The translations under genes were made by a program, and so were the position numbers. From Toensbergia leucococca (taxonomy: Eukaryota), in contig JALDZS010000127.1 in the NCBI GenBank assembly GCA_022813965.1, forward strand, positions 53,227 to 73,226: a stretch of 20,000 bases of DNA, read 5' to 3'. The notes beneath the pieces are model-generated. The model did no database searches and was not told the origin of the DNA. It saw nothing but the letters and a program-made list of their open reading frames with translations. Of this stretch, positions 1 to 10,688 are shown piece after piece. Position 1 is the stretch's first letter; every line of letters begins with the position of its first letter.

Positions 1-504
1 GCTGGAAAGCGAGCTCATGACTTTCGAACGGAAGCAATAGGGCAGGGAAATGTAGGATCGTGTAAGATCCACAATCTCTATGGGAAATTGTCATGTCGTA
101 CGCTGCGACGACGAGGACCGTCTCTCGACCCTGACTTTTCTAGACCCTGACTTCGATCCGATTGCAGTACGGATACCACATTACGTAAGACGGGTATTCG
201 GTACGAAGTAGCAGACGACGCCAAGCCTTCTATTGCGAAAGCGCCTTGCACTGCACAGAAGTACGAGCGATAAGCAGATGGCGCATCTGAGCATGTCGGT
301 GGAAGGGTCCGTGCATACATACCCTCATGCGTGGCAAGACTGGGGGAAATGCAGCTACAGCTTTAGTTTTCGTGCGAACAGCGCTAGCCTAGGCTATGCA
401 GATTCGTCAATTTGAAGACGATTCCAGACCTTATATGCATCCCATCCTTGGCTACATCATGAAGCCGCAGAAGAGGTTCCCAGAACGCAGACTTGGAGCA
501 ACAG

Positions 505-1251
505 ATGAAGATGGCCAATCCAGTGGAGATGGTAACGGAAGACCCCGCCTCATCTGGGCCGGAGTCTGTTAGCCGTTTAGATCGAAGCAGATTCAATTTT
601 CAACATTCTTGGTTCGACAAAGACGTCCTTCCGGATTGGGAGAAGTTTACCGCATCATTAATCGGAAAGAAGCTGTACATACTGGAGGTTGGCTCATTCG
701 AAGGTGCCTCGACCACTTGGATTCTAGACAACCTCATGACGCATCCTGATTCGAGCATCACCGTGGTAGACACCTTTGAGGGTGGGATGGAACACCAGGG
801 CTCGGACATGTATGACATTGCCTCGCTCGAAAATCGCTTCCGCGCGAATGTTGGCAAATGTGAGCATGTGAACAAATTGCGCGTGATGAAAGCGACGAGT
901 GATGATGCTCTGCTTGATCTCAGGCATGAGAAGGCGTGCTTTGATTTCATCTATATCGATGCTTCTCATGTGGCCATCGACGTGCTACATGATGCAGTTC
1001 TTTGCTGGAGAATGCTCAACCTCGACGGCACCATGGTATTTGATGATGTCGCCTGGAAAGGGTACATGGAAGATTGCTACAACCCACGCATCGCCATCAA
1101 ATCTTTCCTTCAGTGTGCGGAGCAGGAGCTGGAGTCAATCGAGACGGCAGGGCAGATGTGGGTTCGGAAGGTGGTGAATCACATACCTGCTACGCCGAAC
1201 ACGGACTCGGCATTGTATTATTGGGATAAGGGCATGGCAGTGAAATTATGA
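505..1251 (+). CDS. Class I SAM-dependent methyltransferase, Methyltransf_24-like; single exon, ~248 aa (first ATG 505; 511 or 529 are alternatives)
   Basis: Uninterrupted ORF with SAM-binding motif I (ILEVGSFEGAST), VVDTF, FDFIYIDASH and GTMVFDD, the motif set typical of Methyltransf_24-type enzymes; stop TGA 1249-1251. Confidence 0.88.
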   Translation: MKMANPVEMVTEDPASSGPESVSRLDRSRFNFQHSWFDKDVLPDWEKFTASLIGKKLYILEVGSFEGASTTWILDNLMTHPDSSITVVDTFEGGMEHQGSDMYDIASLENRFRANVGKCEHVNKLRVMKATSDDALLDLRHEKACFDFIYIDASHVAIDVLHDAVLCWRMLNLDGTMVFDDVAWKGYMEDCYNPRIAIKSFLQCAEQELESIETAGQMWVRKVVNHIPATPNTDSALYYWDKGMAVKL

Positions 1252-1525
1252 AGATATGCTTGGAAAGAAGGTGCCCATAGAACAGCCTCGGGTGAAACTC
1301 ATCTATAGTATTAGTATACACTGTGGAAGCAAAAGATTGTTCCTCATCTATAATATGTCCATCCGAATCGCAAAAGACGTCGAGTCGGAGATTAGCTGTG
1401 CAAAAGATGGGATGGGCTAATGAAATGTTTCCTAGTGCCCAGACTAAGAGCTTATGAGGTGCAGAGCCCGAGAACTCCAGGGCGTCATAATTCTTCATTG
1501 CTATCACCCCAATACCAGCGTCAGC

Positions 1526-2616
1526 ATGGCCCAGCGTGTTCCTCTTGACAGTCCAGAAAAAGTTATTCGGACTATCGAAACAGATGGCGCCGTTATACTT
1601 ACAGGCTTTTCTGATGTTAGTGATGTTGAAAGAGTAAGCGCAGATGCCGCCCCATACATTCGCGCGATACTTGCAGAGGTATGATGTTCTGGGTGACACT
1701 TGCTTCATATGGCTGCGTCCCAAGTGACTGATTGTAGCTGCCAGCGTCTCTCTAATAATCATGATCGAGGCACCGCTCGATGCACGCGACTGTTTGGACG
1801 AAGTAGGACGGCTCGAGAGGTTTGGCTCCAGCAGCCCGCCTTTCTCCAAATTATCAACCACTTTCTGCGAAGTGAGTCGATACCATACAACGACAAAACC
1901 TCAACCACACATAGTACCAATGCCATACTTTCGGCATCAGCAACCCTGGATATCGGACCTGGCGTTGAAGCACAAGATCTACACAGGGACGATTTTATCT
2001 GGCACCAGACTCATGCAGCTCAAAGTAATGGGTACAAGCTGGGATCTGATATTGGTATGGGTCTGTTGGTTCCAGGCGTAAGGACCACGAAAGAGAATGG
2101 AGCAACCCTGGTGAATACCTTTCCTAAGCGGGACCCCCGGGTATTCTAAGATAGACTGAGTATACATAGTTCGTTCCTGGATCACACCTATGGGACCACT
2201 CGAGACGACCAAGAGCCGACGAGGCAACAGCGGCCGAGATGGCTGTAGGTGAAGCTTTCTTGTTTCTTGGATCTACCGTGCACGCCGGCGGTGCAAACTC
2301 GACACTAGACAGCAGGCCTGTCCATGGATTTTTCTTTTGTCGATCATGGATCCGACCGGAGGTATTGCATATTTTGTCTCCCTTCCTTTCACTGCTGAAT
2401 GTGAAACAGGAGAATCACCACATGTGGTTTACCAAGGATGAGGTTCGCACATGGTCCTCTGCGGCTCAGAGGCAAGCAGGATACGTTCTGGATAGTCCCT
2501 TCGTTGGGCACTGCAATGAGACCGATCCTATCCGTCTCTTCCGAGCTAACGATAGAAGTATCGAATACGAGAATACCTCTTGCCCGAGCAGCTGCTCTGA
2601 ACTCGGCGCAGGTTGA
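1526..2616 (+). CDS. PhyH (phytanoyl-CoA dioxygenase)-family Fe(II)/2-oxoglutarate dioxygenase; exons 1526-1678, 1745-2110, 2170-2361, 2410-2616
   Basis: Three GT..AG introns (1679-1744, 2111-2169, 2362-2409) join the ORFs in frame. The product has IETDGAVIL, the HxD iron ligands (QDLHRDD), ENGATLFVPGSHLWD, the distal His (GSTVHAGGAN) and WIRPEEN, all typical of fungal PhyH-type tailoring dioxygenases. Confidence 0.92.
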
Positions 2617-3406
2617 TCTTATGAAGGGTCGTGCGGAGGACGACTTCAGTGGGTGACTCGACAAACGCCGACTGATACATCCAACATGGTACAGGGGGCT
2701 TAGACGTGGTGTTGATGGGGACATCAGGTGTATATAATAGCCGCTAGGAAGATGTGATTTCTCCACTTCATATTCGTCTTCATACCTACAGCCAGTCAGC
2801 GGTAATGCTATGGAAGAGGAGAATTCAGTACCTAGTACTTAGCATTCATTTTTGGATGCCATAAACGTTGAGCGCACATGTTGTGTCGCTGTGGGGCAAC
2901 GACGATGATGAGGGTGCCGTCTGACACATCTTGGCCGTTCTCCGAGACCTCTGTGAAATGTACGAGTGTGAGTAGTATTCGACACTCCCTCGACTGCTGC
3001 TGGTGATGATGAAAATGATTAAAAAACTTGGATGATACGGTAATCGCACTAGGCCAATCTAAGCTAGAATAGGCGCTGAGGCTGGGAACCTAAGAGCCGC
3101 CACTCCGCTGGAAAACGGGGCCGACGTCACTCACGTCAACCTCTTACTTTTTGTATTTAATTTTTTATGTCTGAAGATCGATCATGATGATGCTCTCTGT
3201 CGATAAATATTTCATAAAAGCTTCTCAGCAGGCCTCACAGACCTTCCATCATTCGCTGATCACTGCCGTCACAAGTGCAATGACCTTGTAGAATAGGCTT
3301 CAGCAGAGGCAAGATGCCTCTACGAGCTGCGGCCTCTCGTATTATATCCTCGCTGGTCCGCCTTCTGATCTCTTCGCCCTTCGCTCAATCTGCAAGAAGA
3401 ACAGAT

Positions 3407-5138
3407 ATGAGCCCAGAATACAATTCAATCAAGCCTGCCGTCAGGGATAGAATCCTCTTACTCGGGGCTATCCTCACGCTGGGCAATCTCGCCGCCGTCA
3501 TCCATCAGAGCTCCCGCGTCTACCTCTATCAGCAATCTTTATGTCTCACTTACTACAAAGCCCACGATCCCACACAGATTGACTTCCAGTCTCGGGTCGA
3601 GGAATCCATGTGTAAGGTCGATCAAGTCCAATCGCAACTTGCCGTAATAGACGGCATCGATTCGTTTCTTTCTTGCATCCCAGGTAAGTATCAGAATAGC
3701 CGTGCCGGCGTCTTACTGCGGCTGGCTACTACAATTTCTCCACAGTGAAGTCACTAGAGAGCGCATGCTAATTAACGTTCTGTGCAATGGTAGCACTACT
3801 TGTCCTTGCAACATACAGGGAACTTCTACCACACGTTGGCTTGAGCCGTCTACTGATCGCTAGCTTCTGTTGTTCTGCGCTGGCCGTGATCTACTCTATC
3901 GGTAATTGTACGCTGATCATTAATCCCTCGCCAGTAGGAATGGTATAAGGCTAATCCGCCGTAAAGTCTTCCTCCATCAATCATGGACCCCTAGTGCAAT
4001 ACTCTGCTCCTTCGTCTTCGACCTCTTAGGCGGTGGTGAGTTCACGCGAATAGCTATCGTCACTACGTGTGTTGCACAAATTACGCCCCCTGAAAGATTG
4101 TAGGTAATTGTACTTCTCGTTCTCCAGTACCACTCTGTGTCGATAAACGTCTCTCACCATTCTCCAGAACAAATGTGTACAATTATATCAGCGGCTGTTA
4201 TCTACTGGCAAGCGTCAGCGGATCAGCAATCGGCTCTTCGTTATTAAGCCGCCATGTTTACCTTCTCAACGCTCTTTCCGTCCTTGGCTATATTCTTACT
4301 GCATTTGTTGCCGCTGCTATCTCGACCGAGTTCGGGCGAAAGCCGAATGGTACCCAAGACCCAATTACCTTCCTACTGGCAGCGGAGGATCCTGACTCAT
4401 CGTCGAATAGATCAAACAGCTCTCTCCAGGTCCGTATCATCTTTCGCAAGGGGTCGTTCTCACTGACCCGCTTTCTAGCGGTCACTCACCACTATTCTGC
4501 TTCAGTCATGGTATTCATCCTATCTATCGATCGTTACGCTCTTTAACGTATCCAATCCAACGTTCACCGTTCAGCTCCTCTTTCTGATTAATGCTCTCGC
4601 TCTTCGTGTTGAAGTGCTCCTTCCCCAGTACACCTCCTTGACTCTCCACTGGCCGCTATCAACGGTAAATTCGGTTTTAGCGCTTAAATCGCTTGTCACT
4701 TCGGTGGCTCTCTTTGCCCTCCCATCTCTCCGCAAACGCTATCTGGAACCACGTATGAGTACCGCTGAAGTCGATCTATTTATCACCCAAATGTCGCTGT
4801 TCGCAAATGCTATTGGTATGGTTTGCCTTGGATTCTCCGCTTCCGCAGGCTTCTTCATTCTAGCACTCTGTGTATATACAAGTGGCATGGGTTTAGCCGA
4901 TTCATTGACTTCTTATGGGACCTCTACTTTGCCGGCTGAGGATGAAATTGGTAACTTCTACGTTCGCCAAGGACTGATCAACATCCTTGCCGCAATGGCT
5001 GGCGCACCAATATGGTCGGGCTTATTCAGCTTCATCCTGAAGCGTGGAATGCTGCCACTTGGAACACCATTTTGGGCGTGTACGTTGTTGTTCGGCGCTG
5101 GAATTGCCGGCGTTGCCGCTTTGAAGAGGAGACTGTAG
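3407..5138 (+). CDS. MFS transporter, UstT-like efflux pump family (paralogue A); exons 3407-3683, 3794-3907, 3967-4099, 4168-4429, 4479-5138 (alternative start 3314)
   Basis: Four introns restore one frame. Many hydrophobic segments; luminal loop CLTYYKAHDP...CKVDQVQSQLA characteristic of this fungal MFS subfamily; FDLLGGG and LLPQY motifs. Colinear with the paralogue at 13932-15693. Confidence 0.88.
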
Positions 5139-5931
5139 AAAGATCCAACGGCAGAAGCATACTTGCATGATATATTTCTTTCGTGACACGAAGTGGTGCG
5201 GATACCGAAGGCAAGGGTATAGAATACCAATGTATCGTCTTGTTCGACAACGCTCACAATAGAAGCTGGCTCTCTTCGACATACGAGATCTGATCGGCTA
5301 CGTCATTTAGCCGGATTTTCCGTACTCATTTGTTATGCCTTGTCGCCTGAACAGCCGCCCAGAAAAGCCATAAAATTGCTGAACAAAGGCCCAAATAGGT
5401 AATAGAGACCAAAAGATTCGAGCCGCGAGTATCATCAGATACGTGCCTAGCTATTCTAACAAGCGACCAAGGAACTGAGTACACGTAGCTCCTACACGTC
5501 GCTCAATCATCGCAATTCTTCATTGACGAACTTTGGTGGAAATTTATGTGTGTATTTTCACCCCTTTTTTAAAACATCGTCGCCCTCAATAAATATATAA
5601 CGAACGTAATCACGAGCGGCATGTTTGAGAGTTTGCCAGCAGAGCCCCCTCTATATGAGTAAGCCGAAGATACCAGCAGAACTCCCAAAATTCCAAAACA
5701 CCGAAATCGGCCAATGGCATAACCAACAAGCGTGTCCAAGGCGGCGACGTGCGCCGACGACGAGGTGAAGCTGGCCAAGCTCCGTACTTTGTGTTGGGAT
5801 CGAATTCAACAAAACATCGACAAAGACGGGGAAGTGTGAAATGATAGGTGACCGCATCGAAGTACAGGCCACCACCGATTTGTAATCTCCGCCTCCTTGT
5901 TCAAGACCCCTAGTCGTGCCAGGCCATGATA

Positions 5932-8078
5932 CTACCGGGCAGCAAAGTCGGTAATCTTCAAACATTGCGGGTGCCAAAGATCGTACTCTAGCTCTTCCCA
6001 GTCAATCTCACGATTCCCATATGCCGGCTTCTCAGGACTCAACTGTCGCAAGACCGGCCACATGGGTATATAACCTATTAAAAAAGAATTAGAGGCGTTT
6101 GCCATGGTGTGAAACTCGCAGTTCTCTGGAGACTCACATTCTTCCTGAACAATGACATTAGTCCTCTAATATGCCCAACGTGGAGAAGACGGCGCGCAGT
6201 AAGTACTTACATCCCATGCACATATTCGATCGCATCCCATCCAATGCGGAGCCCAGCCCAACCAAGCCGTGAGCTCTTCAATCCTGTTGTGCCATATTCG
6301 CATTTCGACGCGGGATCGTTGCAATTGCTCGTTGCCAGGACTCTCGAGGTTATGGTTGAAATACCGAAGCCAGGTTTCCTCAATTGATCGACCAGCGCCA
6401 ACAAGCACGGAGCAAACACTGTCCATCACTTCTTCGATTGCCTGGCCGACAAAATCGTGATCCAACCCCTTTGGCTCTGCGTTGTGTACCTCGTACTGAA
6501 CCGGCCAGGGTAAAAATGCGCGTTTGCAGCGGTCCAGAGAAGCTTCGATGTTTTCGACCGATGTTGTCCCCGTCTCAGATGGATATTCAAAGAATGGCAT
6601 CAGTAAAGAATGTGCTCGTTCTCGAAGCAAGGCAAACCGTTGTCTGGAGTCGACTGGTGGTCCACCGCGCTCTTTAACAAGGTTGTGTTGAAGGAGTTGT
6701 CGAAATTGCATAAGACGCTTAGCAAAGTTGTTGACGATCATTTCACACGTGTGACTCCACGAGATAGTATGCTTGTCATGAGGATTTTGACTGACGAGAC
6801 GAGTCACCATCTGCTCCATCTCTCGACGGAAGTTAGCAACTTCCTGCGGACTTAAATTTCCGACGCTATGCCTCGACCGTCGCCGCATCAAGTCGTTCAT
6901 AGCATCTCGTCTTGGTTGCCGATCTGAAACACCCTGCCAGAACCCATCTGAGGTCAGGTTGAGCTGCTCTCGTTCGTGTTCAGCCAGTTTGGTCATGAGT
7001 CCTTGGTATGCCGGCGAGTACAGACTAACAGGGTCTGTGTCTAGCAGCCTGATGCTAGATTCCCTGTTGGACGCCAGATCTTCCGAGCTATACGCTCTAC
7101 TCGCGCTCGTGAACCAATCCCATTGCTGCGAGGCAACGAATGGTTCGTGCTCCCAATCGATCTCCCACTCCGGGGCAGGAAGATCATCATCTACTTCATT
7201 CCCGTGATCAGCAACAGACCGAGGGAGCTTATATTTCTCCGGATCTTTGATCAGAGGAGATGTCCTATTGTACCCGAGAAGCGGCACCGAGACATTCAAT
7301 CGCGAAACCAATCTCAGTGACGGGCTAGAGAAATCGCACCAGATGAGCTCAAACCCCGCACTCATTCTCACAATACCCTCAATGCCTTGACCAGGAGCGT
7401 CCAAGTTCTGTTCATGCAACCACGCGCACAATCGCCGAGCACGAGCGTATTCATCCCAGAGAAATTTGGCGCTGGAGTTTGCACCTGGCGGGCCAGTGAT
7501 GTTGCCGTACACAAGCAGCATTTGCGTATCCATGGTGCCATTTTCTCGCAGCGCTCCAGAAGCGCCATCAAAGTATAAGCATTTGGCGGATTGCGTGGTC
7601 TGATATGTCGACAGGAAAGAGTCTCGTGTGGAGCCCATAATGCCGTATGCCATTTCCCTATCCAAATCCACAATTCTCAGCCATGAAAGTGAGTGCATCT
7701 CAAGCAAAGGCGCTAAGAAGCTTCCGTTTGCGCCCAAACGCTAGAAAATAAATGTGATACCTACGGTGTCGATGCCAACCATTCTGGGCTTTGAGGAGGC
7801 TCATCATTTAGCCATCCATGGTACAAGGGAGTATAGGCAGGAATCTCACAAGGGGCGACGGAGAAGCCGTTGGGGAAGAAAGTATTGTAGCCCTGACGTA
7901 AGAGACCATGCACGCTGGAAAAGATGTGTGGAGCTGGGGAGGAGAAGTTCAAGCGTGGTTCTTGGGGGGGTGATGATGTAGTAGTGGTGGACTCGTCGAA
8001 AAGAGGTTGCTGATGCATACTTTGGCCTTGAACGAGTGAGTGCCAGCAGAATAGTAGCGCGCAGAAGAAGGGTGACAT
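5932..8078 (-). CDS. Secreted conserved fungal protein of unknown function; exons 8078-7765, 7657-6211, 6144-6138 (7-nt microexon), 6074-5932
   Basis: N-terminal signal-peptide-like stretch (MSPFFCALLFCWHSLVQG). Splicing gives LYHG...PEWLASTPEMAYG, LYFDGASG, GIEGIVRMSAGFELIWCDF and a C-terminal Cys motif CAWDEECYIPMWP...WHPQC, which I recognise from a widespread uncharacterised fungal family. Introns 7764-7658, 6210-6145 and 6137-6075 are all GT..AG. Confidence 0.85.
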
Positions 8079-8345
8079 GGTCGGTAACTTGGTGTTGTAG
8101 TGATATCAGGCATGAGAACGGGGTGGAGGTCTGCAAGTCCAGGACGATGGTTCCCTTTTGACAGCTTGGAATTTATTCCTATAGCTAACGATTGCGCTAC
8201 TGCAGGATTACAATCCTGCTCATATTTGTGTGGGTGGCAAATATGTCGTCTTGCTACTACCATCATAGAAATGCTAATACTGTATTAATACTTCTAGGTA
8301 GAACCTTGATTATCTACACTTTGTCTCTACAACCTGATCACTGCC

Positions 8346-10017
8346 TCACGAAACTACTTCATTGCGCACGAGAGTGCGACCTTCTGTTGTCTCGACCGTT
8401 CTAGGCCGTGGCTTCCTTCCGCTAAAAATGACAACCAGAGCCAGCATGACCGAGCATATGGCGCTGAGCGAAAGAGACATGGCTCCCCATCCAAAATGCA
8501 CCCTAACGAATCCAGTGTAGAGTGGGCCCACCAAGCCTCCGGCTGCTGAAGTGGTATTCATCAGCCCGAAAGCCTGTGCATACGCACCATGTCGTCCGAA
8601 GACACCGGGTGTGTCATTCTCCAACGCCAGAACAACCTTGGACGCTTCCACACTCAGAGGCGACGACGCAAAAGCAAGACATATTCCAATGAATACGAGC
8701 AACACGATTAGCTTCAGGAAAGGCTTGGAGGTGCTGCCTGTGACAAGCTTTAGAAGAACTAAGCTTGGGATCGCAACAGCGAAACCACTGGCTACGGGCA
8801 ATCTGGCGCCATATCGATCGGTGAGCGATCCGGCTATGGGTGCAAGGAACATCGGTAACGCCAGTGCAAGGAATAAAGTTGCCGCATGAGTTGACTTCAT
8901 ATCAAACTCATCCTTGATATATGGTGCCAAAACAGCGTCAAAGCCGCACCCAATACTCATCAGGATGAAACCGCCCAGTATTGCAGTGAGGAACCGTGGC
9001 GAGCACAGCAAGGTGGGGACAGCACTCCTGGGGACAACGAGTTTGGCCAGCAGAGGCTCTGTTTCGGGATAGCACTCTATGCTGGGGGCTTCTTGGATGC
9101 CCCCATCTGGCGAGCTGCAGTCTTGGCCAGATCCACTCAATTTGGGGGGCAGACTACCACTGCTATCGGCTTCTTGAACCACAGCAGTGGAACCACGTGA
9201 CGACTTTGCTTCGATAACCATCAATCGTAATATCCCCTCAACCACGATTAAGCCAAATGCTGGGTAAAAGACCTGGAAATAGCCACCGTACTCGTAGAGG
9301 ACTCCACCAAGTACAGGGCCAAGGAGTAACCCCGAGCTCAACGCCATGCTGGTATAACCCATGGCTTTCCCAATATGCTCTGGACCAACGACGTCATTAA
9401 GCAACGCCATGCCAAGTGTGCTGACAATCGCCGTCGACAAGCCTTCCAGAAGCCGAGCTATCAGGAGGACAGGTAGGCTGCTACCCAAGGCGAAGCAAAG
9501 CGTGGATGCTGCCAGCACAATGAGTCCGAGAACAAAGGGCGTTCGTCGACCTGGTATCCTGTCTCCAATCCACCCGAAGAGCACTAGACACTCAGAGCAC
9601 GATGTTAGCTATCTCATTTTGGATTGCTCAACGAGTAATTGGACATGTCGTTCGATCTCATGTAGTACTTCCGAAGCATTGTATCATCGGCCTGTGCATG
9701 GATAATAACGTACTGGATCCAAACATGAGAGCGCCGCCATAAGATGCCAATAGGATAGAGTTCCATTTTTGTATTTCCTCTTTTCGGAAGAGTCCGACAC
9801 GTTGTTGAAGTGCGTATGGGAGCACTGGCACGACAAGATTCTGGAGCAGTATGTCGGTGAAGATGGCAACGCATACAACAAAGGTGGTGAACGTCTTCGA
9901 GGATCGAAAGCTTTGCGCGAACATTCCGAATGCCTTGTATCTGGAAGCCTCGATGGGTGTGCTTTCTATGCTGCTGATGGATGTACGAGACTCCTGATAT
10001 CGGGCGTTGTCATCCAT
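8346..10017 (-). CDS. MFS transporter, DHA1/vesicular amine transporter-like; exons 10017-9714 and 9583-8346
   Basis: Intron 9713-9584 (GTACGT...GCTAAC...TAG). Motifs AIFTD..LVVPVLP, GWIGDRIPGRRTPF (MFS motif A), ARLLEGLS, GPVLGG, GSLTDRYG and AYAQAFGLMN; roughly 12 hydrophobic segments. Confidence 0.92.
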
Positions 10018-10688
10018 TGATTGTCCCTATGAACGATACAAGCGGCATACCATTCACCGTCCCCTTATCGATCTCTTTGCATGCTGACGTCGATGCCTGC
10101 ATGAACATTGAGCGCTTAGACCTGCTACCGGGGAGTTAGGCGGGCGCTCAGCATAGTAACATAGATCAAAGGATTCGCATTTTGACTGGCCGAGAGTCAA
10201 GTCTTCCTTAGACACGGAGCAAATTGGTCTTTCGAGCTCCAGATCTCCACCAGATCGGCTAGGGTGAACTATAGCAGTTCTGGCAATCGGGATCCGGCAG
10301 GATCTGAGAACTAGTGGAATTCATCTACTCGAATAAGCCACCACGCTTGATGCGCTGTCTCCGCCTATCGTCGCCCTGAGTGTCTAAAAGATCTTCACTG
10401 TACAACATCGGCGACGCTGATCTAGGACGAATCATCACTTAAGGTTGGGCAAACTTGTAAGTCACTCAAACGGCCAGACGATCGCAAATCCTTGTAAGTC
10501 TCCCAACGAATTAGAAGAAGAGGGATCTTTACTAGCTGGGCGCTCGTGGTAAACGCGATTATGAGCTCCACCGTTTGTTATTCAATACTAACATGAGTAC
10601 ACGTGGTCCGCTATCTACCATTCAATGTGCGATGATTATACTTGGAATGCTACGTCTTCGCTTTCTGGATAAGCAAAAAGTCATGCTA

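Noticed and set aside
1251..1526. AsqJ-like methyltransferase-dioxygenase fusion via an intron
   Set aside because: The methyltransferase has a clean stop and the dioxygenase its own plausible ATG; I found no convincing splice pair bypassing the stop.
1190..1861. 223-aa minus-strand ORF
   Set aside because: Antisense to the well-supported dioxygenase and methyltransferase ends; no recognisable motif.
7658..7737. ORF-track N-terminus MGANGSFLAPLL... of the 523-aa ORF
   Set aside because: Falls inside intron 7764-7658; the real start is 8078 with a signal peptide.
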